Part shown: positions 32,430 through 57,923 of the stretch, piece after piece | How positions within the stretch are numbered: position 1 is the stretch's first letter | Layout of the letters: every line of letters begins with the position of its first letter | Source: Macrostomum lignano | Lineage: Eukaryota | Direction: 5' to 3' | Length of the DNA stretch: 64,000 bases | NCBI GenBank assembly: GCA_002269645.1 | Contig: NIVC01002632.1 | Location: 90,381 to 154,380 of the forward strand | Position numbers and translations under genes: made by a program | Notes under the pieces: generated by a model | Database searches by the model: none | What the model saw: the letters and a program-made list of their open reading frames with translations, nothing else | What the model was told of the DNA's origin: nothing

Positions 32430-34393
32430 CAGAAAATTTAAGTTCTCCTAACTGACGCACAGACTAAAGTCCTCCCAACTGACCCACAGACTAAAGTCCT
32501 CCCAACTGACCCACAGACTAAAGTCCTCCCAACTGACCCACAGACTAAAGTCCTCCCAACTGACCCACAGACTAAAGTCCTCCCAACTGACCCACAGACT
32601 AAAGTCCTCCTAACTGACCCACAGACTAAGTTCTCCCAACTGACCCACAGACTAAAGTCATTCTCCCAACTGACCCACAGACTAAAGTCATTCTCCCAAC
32701 TGACCCACAGACTAAAGTCCTCCCAACTGACCCACAGACTAAAGTCATTCTCCCAACTGACCCACAGACTAAAGTCATTCTCCCAACTGACCCACAGACT
32801 AAAGTCCTCCCAACTGACCCACAGACTAAAGTCATTCTCCCAACTGACCCACAGACTAAAGTCATTCTCCCAACTGACCCACAGACTAAAGTCATTCTCC
32901 CAACTGACCCACAGACTAAAGTCATTCTCCCAACTGACCCACAGACTAAAGTCCTCCCAACTGACCCACAGACTAAAGTCCTCCCAACTGACCCACAGAC
33001 TAAAGTCATTCTCCCAACTGACCCACAGACTAAAGTCATTCTCCCAACTGACCCACAGACTAAAGTCCTCCCAACTGACCCACAGACTAAAGTCCTTCTC
33101 CCAACTGACCCGCAGACTAAAGTCATTCTCCCAACTGACCCACAGACTAAAGTCATTCTCCCAACTGACCCACAGACTAAAGTCATTCTCCCAACTGACC
33201 CACAGACTAAAGTCATTCTCCCAACTGACCCACAGACTAAAGTCCTCCCAACTGACCCACAGACTAAAGTCATTCTCCCAACTGACCCACAGACTAAAGT
33301 CATTCTCCCAACTGACCCACAGACTAAAGTCCTTCTCCCAACTGACCCACAGACTTGTTGTAACCCGGGTCGGCTTGGGTGCCCAGTCCCGAGTACAATA
33401 TATATTATATGTGATATAACAGGCGTTGTGACGCTCTGTCTGTACTTTTATGAATACGACGAGCAGGCGTGGCGACGCTCTGCGATAATAATTCGATCCC
33501 TCTGGTGTTGTGACACTCAGAGTTCACGCTGCGGCTCGAGGTGTGGTGACACTCTCGAGTGCTTCTATTCTCTATACCGTAGGGCGTACGCAATATATAT
33601 GGTAAACGGTACCGTACTACAGAAGCTATATGGTCTCCCGGCGTTATGACGCTCTGGCAAGAACTCGGCCTAGCAAGCTTCCCGGAAAGAAAGGACTCAA
33701 ACAGCAGGCGGCTTACCAGTGGCCAGATGACTGTTCACCGTTTATTATTCGCAGGTCTCAAGCGCAGTTTCCGACTTCTTCTTAATTCTCCAAGACTCTT
33801 CTCAATTAGGCTATTGTGTTTCTTTTATCCAAGTAGCTAATGTTGCTGTTTCTTTTATCAGGTCTCGCGCTTGCACTCTCGGAGCACACCAAAACACAAA
33901 AAGCACGCAGGTGGTGGGCAAGAGCCAGAGTCGCACCATAAATAGCACCCAAACCCTGGGGCAGACGGCCCCACCGGCTAAGCTCACCAAAACAAACCAC
34001 GCCGGCCCAGCCAATCAAAACCCGCCTAAGGGGGGAGGGGCTGCACCCGCGCCAAAGCTGGCCCGGCCGCAGCCAACCAGCCCTGAGCACGGGGCAGGGG
34101 CACGGCTGGGGAGGGGCACGCGCAAAGCCCGGCCGGGGCCAGACCCTGCCACGCCCGCCAACCCCCCCACCCAGCCCCAAAGTGCAACGCGCCCTGCCAA
34201 CTGACAAGGGCGCATGCACTACAGACTAAAGTCCTCCCAACTGACCCACAGACTAAAGTCCTTCTCCCAACTGACCCACAGACTAAGTTCTCCCAACTGA
34301 CCCACAGACTAAAGTCATTCTCCCAACTGACCCACAGACTAAAGTTCTCCCAACTGACCCACAGACTAAAGTCCTCCCAACTGACCCACAGAC
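32430..34393. repeat. 27/30-bp minisatellite (CTCCCAACTGACCCACAGACTAAAGTC +/- ATT), interrupted by a solo LTR
   Basis: Array at 32430-33355 resumes at 34224-34393; source of ORF 32626-33303. Confidence 0.95.
33356..34223. mobile_element. Probable solo LTR (868 bp, TG...CA) with 4-bp TSD GACT
   Basis: Starts TGTTG, ends CTACA, flanked by GACT at 33352-33355 and 34224-34227; non-repeat sequence with a TATA-rich segment inserted cleanly into a repeat unit. Confidence 0.75.
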
Positions 34394-34934
34394 AGATATT
34401 AACCCTTTATATGAGCAAACGTCAAAAATAAAAATAAGCTTATTAAAATTGGACTAATAGGTTTGAAGGATTTCAGTCATTACCATAATTTATGAATGAC
34501 AAAAGCACATAGGAATAGGTCAATTAATCACGGTACGAGCGTACATGTATTTTGAATTCAATATTCAAGACTAGAAGCGGAACTGAACACAAACAGCATT
34601 GATTGCAACTTTAGTGAATTTAGCAAGGTAGTTTATATTTAGGATTACATTTAATTAAAGTCATTGAAACTCTGATGTCTTCTCGTTAAGATACACAAGA
34701 GAAAACCAAAAAAATCAAAATTAATAGTTAAAAATGGAGAGATTCAAATACAGATATAAAACAGCTAACCTAATATCATTAACCCAGGTGAACTTTCTAA
34801 GTTATGAAAAGTTCTGCCTTTGGACGACGTAAATAAAAAACCGATTAGAGGAGGTGTCACTTAGATTAAGGATCGGAAAACTTTTGTAGAGAAAGGTAGA
34901 GGTAGAGAAGCTAGAGAATCTAGCGCCTGATTGT

Positions 34935-35452
34935 GGGCCAGAGAGAGGAGAGGAGAGAGTAAATAGGGGATATGAGAGGAGAGAAGAAAGGGGAGAGGAA
35001 AGGGGAGAGGAGAAAGATGAGAGGGGAGAGGAGGAGAGGGGACAGGAGAGGAAGAGGAGATAGGAGAGAGGAGAGGAGAGAGGAGAGGAGAGGGGGAGAG
35101 GAGAGGGAGAGAAGAGGAGAGAGGAGAGGAGAGAGGAGAGGAGAGGGGAGGAGAGGAGGGGGAGAGGAGGAGAGGGGACAGGAGAGGAGAGGGGAGAAGA
35201 AGAGGAGATAGGAGAGAGGAGAGGAGAAAGGAGAGGAGAGGGGAGAGGAGAGGAGAGAGGGGAGAGGAGAGGAGATAGGAGAGAGGATAGGAGAGAGGAG
35301 AGGAGAAGGGAGAGGAGAGGGGAGAGGAGAGGAGGGGAGAGGAGGAGAGGGGACAGGAGAGGAGAGGGGAGAAGAAGAGGAGATAGGAGAGAGGAGAGGA
35401 TAAAGGAGAGGAGAGGAGAAAGGAGAGGAGAGGAGGGGAGAGGAGGAGAGGG
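34935..35452. repeat. GA-rich (GAGAG/GAG) polypurine tract
   Basis: Directly visible. Confidence 0.9.
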
Positions 35453-35641
35453 TAATTAATTAGTACTAAGAGTTGCACATTATTAAAGACACACGCAAGA
35501 ATAGGTAACAGGCTAAAAGGTCAAAGAAGGAAAAAACGACGTGAAAACAAACGACAATGTTTCAAAATTTTACTATCATCAATATTAGTCATAGGCAGAG
35601 AAGGCAACCATCTTAGTCGGAATGTTGCTAATATAAATGTC

Positions 35642-35716
35642 GGCCGAAGAAGCTCAGCGGTTAACGCGTCCGACTCTTGCGCCGAAGTGGCCGGGGGTTC
35701 GATTCCCAGCTAGGCC
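35642..35716 (+). pseudogene. tRNA-like pseudogene or SINE head
   Basis: A box-like AGCTCAGCGGTTAACGCG and B box GGTTCGATTCCC, flanked by GGCC...GGCC, but the acceptor and anticodon stems are broken. Confidence 0.45.
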
Positions 35717-35797
35717 AGAATATTAATTCGGACTATTGCTAGCGGTTCAACCCTGCAAATAAATGCTAACAGTAATAAACGATTTATTATAACTGGG

Positions 35798-37948
<2,151 letters not shown>

Positions 37949-38075
37949 CTGCAACAGCAAGCAGCAAAGGCCATGACAATAAAATAACATATGTTTGTCG
38001 TTTATTTTACTGTTTAAGAAGTAAAAAAATAGCGAACTGAATAGAAATATACAAAAAGACGCCTCCTAAGTCAGC

Positions 38076-38161
38076 CCGGTGATAGCTCAGTTGGTAGAGC
38101 GGAGGACTGTAGATGCGGAACAGCAATCCTTAGGTCGGTGGTTCAAATCCGCCTCACCGGA
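38076..38161 (+). tRNA. tRNA-Tyr (GTA) with 13-nt intron
   Basis: Acceptor stem CCGGTGA/TCACCGG+A, D arm GCTCAGTTGGTAGAGC, anticodon arm GAGGA-CT-GTA-G-[intron 38113-38125]-A-TCCTT, T arm GGTGG-TTCAAAT-CCGCC; 73 nt mature; followed by a T-run terminator. Confidence 0.95.
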
Positions 38162-39536
38162 AATTTTTTAGCAAGTGATTTTTCCAATCTTAAATGGCAA
38201 CTATTTAAAATGACTAATTTTATATTTTTTCGCCATTGTTGTCGTAACAATATTATTTTAATTTCTTTTTGTAATTTTTGCTGTAAAATAACCATGAAAA
38301 GATAGAAATCTCTACAACGGGTTTAAACGCCTGTATTTTTTTTACTTTCGATACATATCGGCAGAAATATTGAAAACCTATTTTTTAACTAACCCTAACC
38401 CCAGTTTTTTTCGACGGGTGAAAAGAGACCAATCTATTTATAAAGAGTTTTGAAAACGTGTTTCAAAAATCAAAATAATGAAAAGCACTAAACGGTCACA
38501 ATTTAACTTGCTACCAGCCTAGGATTAGCAGCATATATTTTTGCTTTAATCAAAAAGTTGGATCAATCAATTAAAAAAGTGAATTAAAAACTGGATAAAT
38601 ATTTTTTGCAGATGTTTTCATCTTACACAAATGGCTAGGAGACAGTTCTAGTTTATGGGCTTAGGTAAGTGAAGGAATTACTAAATAATAGATAGTGCAG
38701 GTCAGTTAATCTGAACTAAGTAAAAAACTGTAGTAAATTAATTTTAAAAATTTAACTATTTATAATGCCTTACATACAAATAAAAATTACTTCATGCTCC
38801 AGATGTCAATGATGTTAATTATTAACAGAATGTTTTTTAAATGTAGTAAAAAAAGAATAAAAAACACGGTTGCTACTACTGACAACTACTTTGACAATAA
38901 TAAGTAGAACTGGTGATAGTTTTTTCCAGATTACATTTGCAAACGGTAAAAATGGTGTTGCAAGAGTGCAAAAGCTTTTTTAGGGATCTTCGGTGGTTAA
39001 TTTAAAGCTAAGCGTCGCGTGCAATAGCAAAAAGCGACGCCAACTTCAAAAAAACAAAGAGCTTGAAAAATATTTTGTTGTACTTTATGCAAAAGCATAA
39101 GTAGGACTGAAGAAAAAGTGTGTAATTTAATATAAAAAGCGAATAATGTAATCATTCTGGGGATGCAAAAACAACTCAAAAATATTTTGTGATGAAAACC
39201 ATGGCGTGACACTGATCAAAATCAGGTAAAAAAAACAAAGAAAAACTTCGTTGTGATTTTCTCGTTGGTAAAACGTGAGATTTATTTGATCAAAACACGA
39301 CAGTAAAAACAGGACGAGGACTCTTAGGGTAGTAGTCAGAGCAAGGTTGGTGAAAAAGCAGATTAAATATTGAATTTGTAGATTCGAGAAAAAAGCTGGG
39401 TTTGAATAATGTAACTCGAAAACAACAGCTCGAACGATAGAAAGAAACTACAAGATGAGAAACGGCACAGCAAACTTTTTTTAACCTAGAAAAATGTATT
39501 TTGCTGGTTAAGCTACACGAGTCGGGTTAGTCAGGC

Positions 39537-39905
39537 TTAGCCAAACAGGTCCAGTCCCATATCGTCGTCGGATTCGGATTCGGATTCCGGCTTTTTCTCT
39601 TCCTTTTTCTCAGGCGCGGCGGCGGCGGCGCCAGCTCCGGCGCCATCAGCAGCAGCGGCGCCTGCTTCCCCACCGGCGGCGCCACCGGCGCCAACTCCGG
39701 CGCTAAATAGCAACTGCTTGAGGTCCTGCTTCTCTAAAGCTCTGGCAAACATGTTTGGCCAGAATGGCTCTACAAAGTGAATATTGGCCGCTTTCAATAT
39801 GGCGCTAATCTTGTCGGCAGTGACTGGGATGTCATCGTCGGCAAGGATCAAAGCGGCGTAAGTGCAAGCCAGTTCGCTTTGTCCCTCTTTATCGTCGTGG
39901 GCCAT
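39537..39905 (-). CDS. RPLP1: 60S acidic ribosomal protein P1, intronless
   Basis: [45 protein letters not shown], Ala/Gly hinge, acidic tail [21 protein letters not shown]. Confidence 0.93.
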   Translation of the reverse strand: MAHDDKEGQSELACTYAALILADDDIPVTADKISAILKAANIHFVEPFWPNMFARALEKQDLKQLLFSAGVGAGGAAGGEAGAAAADGAGAGAAAAAPEKKEEKKPESESESDDDMGLDLFG

Positions 39906-40486
39906 GGCTTATTCAAACGGTGGGTGCTGGTCTGCTGAAACGAATGACAGAAGACTGCGTCACTATACTTATAAAGCAGTAGTACAAAATTGTTTTTTGT
40001 CTATTTAAAATCGACAGAAAGTTGTTGTGCATAGTAATATCACATGATAGTGCAATAGTTTAAATAGCAGGAAGAAAGCTAAAGAACAGCACTGAACCTC
40101 AGTGCATACTGCATAGGCTTTTACTCTTTTGTTTTCACAAAAAGCTTGAGCAAGGCTTGAGGCCGCTTGTGGGTAAGGGCATTTTTTTCCTTAAGCCTTA
40201 GGCTCTAAAACGCCAAACGGAAATAGGCAAGTAGAATCACGCATTTACAACGTGGAAAGCGCGCGCTTGGAAATCTATTTTTAGCACACACGTGGTTTTT
40301 CAAGGCGTGTCAACCAATAAAAAGCCGTCCTACGCCAAGGTCGCGTAAGTGAAATCTTTATTGAACCAAGGGCAAGGCTGTATTAATATACGTAGAGAAA
40401 AGCGAGGACTAAACAGACCCCAGTGCAAAACAGCGTGAAAGCCTACAGTCCGCTCGACACAGCCAAAACAGACTACGGACTGCAAA

Positions 40487-41287
40487 ATGCAAGTAAGCAA
40501 GACAGTCCTTCGAGGAGGCAAAGCCGCATTATCGGCTCTGTCGACAAGATCGGCAGCTAATGCGGTGCCAAAAATGACAGCAATCGCATCTGAATGGGAG
40601 ACTGAGAAAGGCAGCATGGTGTACAAGGATCCCGTTGATGAGCAGGATACCGCTTATATCAAGACGGCTAGCGACAATGGCCTGATGACAGATCTGCCTC
40701 TGCTAACTGAAGAATCGGACTATTTAAGCGAGGCTCATACAGTGGACTACACGTACAAAGGACCGTGCGACAATATGAGCAGTTTGCAGTTGAATTCTAG
40801 CACGCAGCTGCTGTTAGAGAACGCAGGCACCTCTCAGCCAATGAGTGTCCACTATCCAACTGTCGGAGCTTATGTACCAACGCCTGCTAATCTAGGCGGC
40901 ACCGGATTAAGTCATATGCACTTCAAAGGAGCTGCCGGCGGTTTGGGAGCCAAATTCGTGGCTAATAGTCTAATTAAAACGCATCCAAGCCGGCAGTTGT
41001 ATACATCGGCTGTTGCTAGGCAGCAGGGCATTCAAGATGCTGCACCAACTGTGGACTTGGATCAGCCGCAGGCGGCCGCAAACACGCAGGGAATCCAAGG
41101 CGACACGGATTCTGCTCAAGCCCGACTCTGGGTTAGTCGTTGCCTAGGCGATGGGTTGTACACCGACTGCGAGCTGCCGCCGGAGACGCCGGGCAAACAG
41201 CGTCAGACGATTCAATCGATTTTTGTGCAAATGCTGGCCGACATCAGGGCGGCAGCCGAGGCCCAGCTCAGATTCAGGTCCAAGTGA
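40487..41287 (+). CDS. Uncharacterised 266-aa protein with a mitochondrial-presequence-like N-terminus
   Basis: GC-rich, non-repetitive 801-nt ORF in AT-rich flanks, head-to-head with RPLP1. N-terminus MQVSKTVLRGGKAALSALSTRSAANAVPK is basic, S/T/A-rich and lacks acidic residues. No domain recognised. Confidence 0.6.
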   Translation: MQVSKTVLRGGKAALSALSTRSAANAVPKMTAIASEWETEKGSMVYKDPVDEQDTAYIKTASDNGLMTDLPLLTEESDYLSEAHTVDYTYKGPCDNMSSLQLNSSTQLLLENAGTSQPMSVHYPTVGAYVPTPANLGGTGLSHMHFKGAAGGLGAKFVANSLIKTHPSRQLYTSAVARQQGIQDAAPTVDLDQPQAAANTQGIQGDTDSAQARLWVSRCLGDGLYTDCELPPETPGKQRQTIQSIFVQMLADIRAAAEAQLRFRSK

Positions 41288-42924
41288 AACCAAACTGAGC
41301 TATTGAAATTGTCAATACTTTCAAACAAAACAAACAGTTTGCAGTTTACTTAATAATAATAATAATACTGGTAATACTGGTTTCGGTTTAAAAATTAATT
41401 GACAGCATTATAACAAAAGTGATACAGAATTTAGGCTATATTTTTCAATTTTAAGTAGTGTTTATTAGCGATATAGTGATTATTGATTACCAACTATATC
41501 CATGGATCAATCAAAATTCTATAAACCAAAATTTCTTTTTTTATTTTTAAACTCATTTTGTGGCAGAAAATGTAGAATATGCAGTTTAACCCAATCTAAA
41601 ATCTATTTAATGGTTAACCCATGCTGTGTCAATTAAATTAAATTAATTTGATGTCAGTCATCTACTTTTGTATACATATATTCAAATTCAAATTGAAATT
41701 ATTTTATTGTAATTCAAATTTGCGCCAAAAAGAGAAATCGTAAAACAAATCTTTAAAAATCAATAACGACAATAATAACTATAATTTTTGGGGGTCGAAT
41801 CAATTTTAAGCTGAATTGTTGTTTAAAACTCAGTGTTCTTTTTGGCATGAATTTGAATTTATTGTTAATAATAGTACTAATAATACTAAAAAAATCCATC
41901 TAATTAGTCATGCATTACACTATAGTAGCGTAGCTACCCAAGTTTCAATTTTTCCCATAGTTTTCGAGTTTTCTTTTTCAATTTGAAACTTTGTTCATTT
42001 TTTCTAATCTCGTTATAATTAATATAATAGTAAATCCTTGGTAAAACAGTTTAACTTTAACGTAATATAAATAGTAGTAAGGCGATAAATCATATGCTAA
42101 CGCTAGTATATAAATGTAACACTACGCTGTAAATATAAAAGTCCAAACAAGAACCTATCTAAGCATAAACAATACAGAAAAAATAATTGAATAAAAAACA
42201 TTTTTTTCATAAAAAAACAATTGCTGCAATTTACACGTGTATTTTGTTGAACAATTGAAACCATACATTATTTATGGAAAGACCTGCTTGTTTGAATTTT
42301 TTTAAATCTAGAAGACATTAACGTTGACAATACGTCTGCGTTAAAGAAATTATCTTTTTTTAAAGATTACACTGTTTATATTGAGCTTGAGATAAAGCTA
42401 CATGGTTTTTGCTTTGCAGACTGTTATTGGACTTCGAAGCTTGGAAATGAGTGCCTAGATGGTGGGCAGAGCCAGCCCAGCTGTGCATTTCTCAATTCTT
42501 TAAGGCCAAGTCACGAGAACAAGTTAATCACGACTAAAACGCGTGCTATTATTTCATTTTGTACATTCACTAACAGCGTCAGCTACAGTTGCTAAAAATA
42601 GACTGCTGTGAGATAAGGCAAACCGCTTAATAAATAGACCTACATGTATGCATACTTATGTACATCAGGACATGATCTGTAGATATTAGTATACTGCTCA
42701 TTCCTAGAATGAAAAATTGCCGAGAAACGATAAATATAACCAATGTGAAACGCAAACACAAACTACTCGGCAATCATTGAAACGATGGCGCCAACCTTTA
42801 TCGCAAAACTGAGAAGGTTTACTATACTTATATAGGAAAGCAGTGATAAACTTTCAACAAAATGAGTTTTAATAACGTTTTTCTAAAATGCTAATTGGCC
42901 CCGGGGATCTTGGCCGGCAGGCTG

Positions 42925-44150
42925 GCCCAGCATCTGAGGATTTGGGAGGCTGGCCCAGCAACTGAGTACCTGGGAGGCTGGCCCAGCAACTGAGGATCTG
43001 GGAGGCTGGCCAAGCAACTGAGGATCTGGGAGGCTGGCCCAGCAACTGACACTCTGGGAGGCTGGCCCAGCAACTGAGGATCTGGGAGCCTGGCCCAGCA
43101 ACTGAGTATCTGGGAGGCTGGCCAAGCAACTGAGGATCTGGGAGGCTGGCCCAGCAACTGACACTCTGGGAGGCTGGCCCAGCAACTGAGGATCTGGGAG
43201 CCTGGCCCAGCAACTGAGTATCTGGGAGGCTGGCCCAGCAACTGAGGATCTGGGAGGCTGGCCCAGCAACTGACACTCTGGGAGGCTGGCCCAGCAACTG
43301 AGGATCTGGGAGCCTGGCCCAGCAACTGAGTATCTGGGAGGCTGGCCAAGCAACTGAGGATCTGGGAGGCTGGCCCAGCAACTGACACTCTGGGAGGCTG
43401 GCCCAGCAACTGAGGATTTGGGAGGCTGGCCCAGCAACTGAGTATCTGGGAGGCTGGCCCAGCATCTGAGGATTTGGGAGGCTGGCCCAGCAACTGAGGA
43501 TTTGGGAGGCTGGCCAAGCAACTGAGGATCTGGGAGGCTGGCCCAGCAACTGACACTCTGGGAGGCTGGCCCAGCAACTGAGTATCTGGGAGGCTGGCCC
43601 AGCATCTGAGTATCTGGGAGGCTGGCCCAGCAACTGAGGATTTGGGAGGCTGGCCAAGCAACTGAGGATCTGGGAGGCTGGCCCAGCAACTGACACTCTG
43701 AGAGGCTGGCCCAGCAACTGAGGATCTGGGAGGCTGGCCCAGCAACTGAGTATCTGGGAGGCTGGCCCAGCATCTGAGGATTTGGGAGGCTGGCCCAGCA
43801 ACTGAGGATTTGGGAGGCTGGCCAAGCAACTGAGGATCTGGGAGGCTGGCCCAGCAACTGACACTCTGGGAGGCTGGCCCAGCAACTGAGTATCTGGGAG
43901 GCTGGCCCAGCATCTGAGTATCTGGGAGGCTGGCCCAGCAACTGAGGATTTGGGAAGCTGGCCGAGCAACTGAGGATCTCGGAGGCTGGCCCAGCAACTG
44001 ACACTCTGGGAGGCTGGCCCACCAACTGAGGATCTGGGAGGCTGGCCCAGCAACTGACACTCTGGGAGGCTGGCCCACCAACTGAGGATCTGGGAGGCTG
44101 GCCCAGCAACTATTGAGGATCTGGGAGGCTGGCCCACCAACTGAGGCCAG
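42925..44150. repeat. 28-bp minisatellite (GCAACTGAGGATCTGGGAGGCTGGCCCA), about 44 copies with interspersed variants
   Basis: Variants GAGGATCT, GAGTATCT, GACACTCT and GAGGATTT; source of three overlapping 400-aa ORFs. Confidence 0.95.
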
Positions 44151-44235
44151 CTGTGGGATATTTTAGCAGATGGCCAAATATCCCTAAGAAAACAAAGATG
44201 AGTTGTCCCTATTAATGAGTTTATTTATAAGTGCC

Positions 44236-54696
<10,461 letters not shown>

Positions 54697-57600
54697 GCTC
54701 TTGTTGCTGGGTTTAAACGTGTAAATTTATCGAAGCGACTGCATTTCTGATAGTAGTATGACTAGTTCTCCAGTGCTGTAGACTGAAGTTTGAATGGGTT
54801 ATTGTTAAATTTATAAATATTCAGATTCATTAGATTATTTAGACTTTCTTAAGCTTCTATCAATTCTCAAATATGAGAAATCTGTAAACATGGAGTCTGT
54901 AGAATTCTCTAATTTCTATGGGTCAGAGAGGCTCAGCAATAGAAAGACAGGGAAGAAATATGGTATTTACTATTTATAATTTGATTTCTGAAGGCACCAA
55001 AGAACTAAATTAGATTATACCAATGCACAAACGAGCCAACAACAGTTGATACCAGGTGCATTATGAATACCTTTGGTAAGCTACATTTTTTGTGCAAACA
55101 GTATCCAAAAGTATAGACTTATACCAACCTTGTAATCTTATCCTAGATATTATTTACAAATATAGGTCTATTACTTAAATATTCACAATCATACTTTAAA
55201 ATTTGACCCAAGGTACAAAATTGTATCAATATCCTAAAAAACCTAGTAGTCTCGTAAATCAAAGGGATGCAGAAATATTATACAAATACTGCCAAAAGGG
55301 TCTAGAAATTTGACTAAATAGCAAAATATTATTGACTATGTCTAACCTAGTTTTCCATGTATACAAGTTGTTGGCTACTACTGCCTTATAGCAACATTCA
55401 ATAGAGCCTGCATGCTACTAATAAAGATAAAAAAACCCAATACTTGTGCCTCCATGCCTAAAAAACTGACACCTTATTAGTTGTTAAAAACCACTAGTTA
55501 TTATTAAGTTGAAATATCTACTTTAAATATTTTCCAAGTCTCATTACAAATATCATTATCATTACCAACAATAAGAAACAAGTGTGCAGGGCCCCTCCCT
55601 AATTCTTTTATAAAATTGATAATTGTATAACTCATTTCGAATGCATGCCAAATCTAGGAAAACACATTTGTTATAATACATGTATTTTTAATAATATTTT
55701 ATGCAAACTAATTTTTGTTTTAACTAGCAGTAAATTTTAGTATAAATAGAAGCGTTTTCAGTGTAGGAGAGACTAACCTCATACATCGCGGTTCCTTAAG
55801 AAAGAAAGCCAGTATCAAATAGTAAGAGTTCCTAGTAAACATTATTGAAGATTGTTTTCCGAGTTATTCATTTCCAAAAGAGAAGTGAAGTGGCAGAGAA
55901 CACATACAGTAAATAGATCACATACTGAAAAGTGGAAGTATTAAAAGAATATGAAGTAGATCATAAATTGATACATCGATACATGTAAGAATAACCGGAG
56001 GCTGTGACCCTCTGATCTCAGTAATGCCCAGGATTGGGAATACATGAAGTACATATACCAATAGACCAATATACTAGAAGTTAACTAGAAGTTAGTTAAT
56101 CTAGACTAGAAGTTAACCCCTAGCATACAAGTATGCTATATAAAAGATCCCACTGAACTAGCCATTTTGGTAGATGCATGTAAAGAGCTACCATATAATG
56201 TCTCACACCTTCTAAGGACTTTTACAAAAGGAAAGAGCTACTTGCACTTTGGTTTTGAAAGTAAAGTATAGTATATTCAAGAATAGCTAGCAACCTTTTA
56301 TAAAGAAGACATATAAAAGTTTTTGTCAAAGTTCTATAAACTATTGGCTAAAAACCTAGATAATATAATATTTTAATAAATATTCAACATACTTAGTGAA
56401 TATAATAAAATAAGTTTTATTATTTAATCTATATAACTAAAATTTATCTTTTCCTACTAAATAAAGGCCTTATATAAAATAAAATATATATTGCATAATA
56501 GTGTTCCACTGTAGCCATAGCTATGGCTATAGGATCTTATGGCAAATATGGTAAAATAGATGCCTACGGCAGCTATAGATATGCCTATGGTAGCTAGCTG
56601 TTCTTATGGCTATGACAACAGAAATAAAAAGTTTAGCATAATGTATTAAAAGGAATAGGTAAGAGGCAAGGAATTTTGACATGAGTAAAACTATTAAGGT
56701 AGTCAATGCCAAAACAGTGCACAAGGTAGTCGATGCCTAAAGTTACGCACCACTATAATTAAAGTAACAATAACCATTGCATGCTAGTTTTCTTTGAGTA
56801 TAATAAAGTTTTTTTGCTAATTATTTTGGTTCTTCTATGTTGTTCCTTTAATCACTAAGCACTATTTTAGCTATAGACTGAAATATCGGACAAACAAACC
56901 TTCAGAGATTTAATATATTGTGATAAAGGTGACCACTTGGCAAATCAAAGATTAAAGGTAGACCATTTTTTATTTCAAATCCTAGTAAGAAAGATTTTTA
57001 TTTTTAAATAAAAATAAAAATGCTATATAAGAAGCATGAGGATCTAGGATAATTAAAGATCTCAATGAGGCTTACAGTACATAGCTCTATAATAGAAAAG
57101 TATTAAATAGAGCAACAAAGGAGAAAGAAGGCTAAGAGGAAAGAAGACAAAAAATTGGAAAAGAAAAAAACAATAAGTTCTCAAACTTGACAAATAAAAA
57201 GAACCAAAATATAAATATATGATATTATATTAACTGACATTCCCAAGGCCTATGGAGTATGGACTAGGCCAAAAATTACTTTAAATTCCCTTTTCCTATC
57301 TATGAGGATTTTGTAATAGGGGGGGGGGCAGAGGGGCAGCTGCCCCCTTTGACATTGAGTTGGGGGACATTGCCCCCCTCAAATACCATTCAACAGCAAG
57401 ATTTTTCTTATATTTAAAATTGTTTAAATTTACTGAACTTGAGTCTATATCATGCAGCAGCACGCAAGACAGGGTAGGGCAGAGCCATGCTGGGGCCAGG
57501 GGGTCTCATTCATAGAAGCCCAAACTTTGTACCTTAAACTGTACAAGCGCCAGATGCCTACCTCCCTCTGGCTCTGATTTGCTAGCTGGGGCTGGGCTCT

Positions 57601-57923
57601 GATAAGTAGAACGTTTTTGGGGTGGCATGTGGGTTCTGGGATGCAAGCAGAAATACACTTGTACTGGTCACACGACGGGGGGTTGGTGTTTTTATTTCCT
57701 GATTTCTGAACCTACACAGTATGTACATTTAAAGAAAGGCCTCTTTGTTGTTAAAGATTTATCTAGAGCTGTAGAGCTAATATAATTAATGCCTCAATAT
57801 CCAGTTCCCACTAATACATCAAATTCTATTTTTAATTCTTTAGCATTACATTACAGCAACTAGCTATAGCAAACTGAGTTTGATCGCTATAAAACTTCTG
57901 GCCAAGTAGTTCGTAGATATTAC

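Noticed and set aside
31900-32430. Possible decayed reverse transcriptase fragment on the minus strand
   Set aside because: Only vague resemblance (SLLSSLRPY..VAMWA); no YADD-type motif or sustained frame.
32626-33303. 225-aa MTLVCGSVGR repeat ORF
   Set aside because: The 27/30-bp units are multiples of three without minus-strand stops; no evidence of coding, and the array is split by an LTR.
42869-44140. Three about 400-aa overlapping ORFs
   Set aside because: All are frames of the same 28-bp minisatellite.
54850-57250. AT-rich region with faint LINE-like and Lys/Glu-rich transposase-tail-like patches
   Set aside because: Too degraded; no continuous frame or diagnostic motif.
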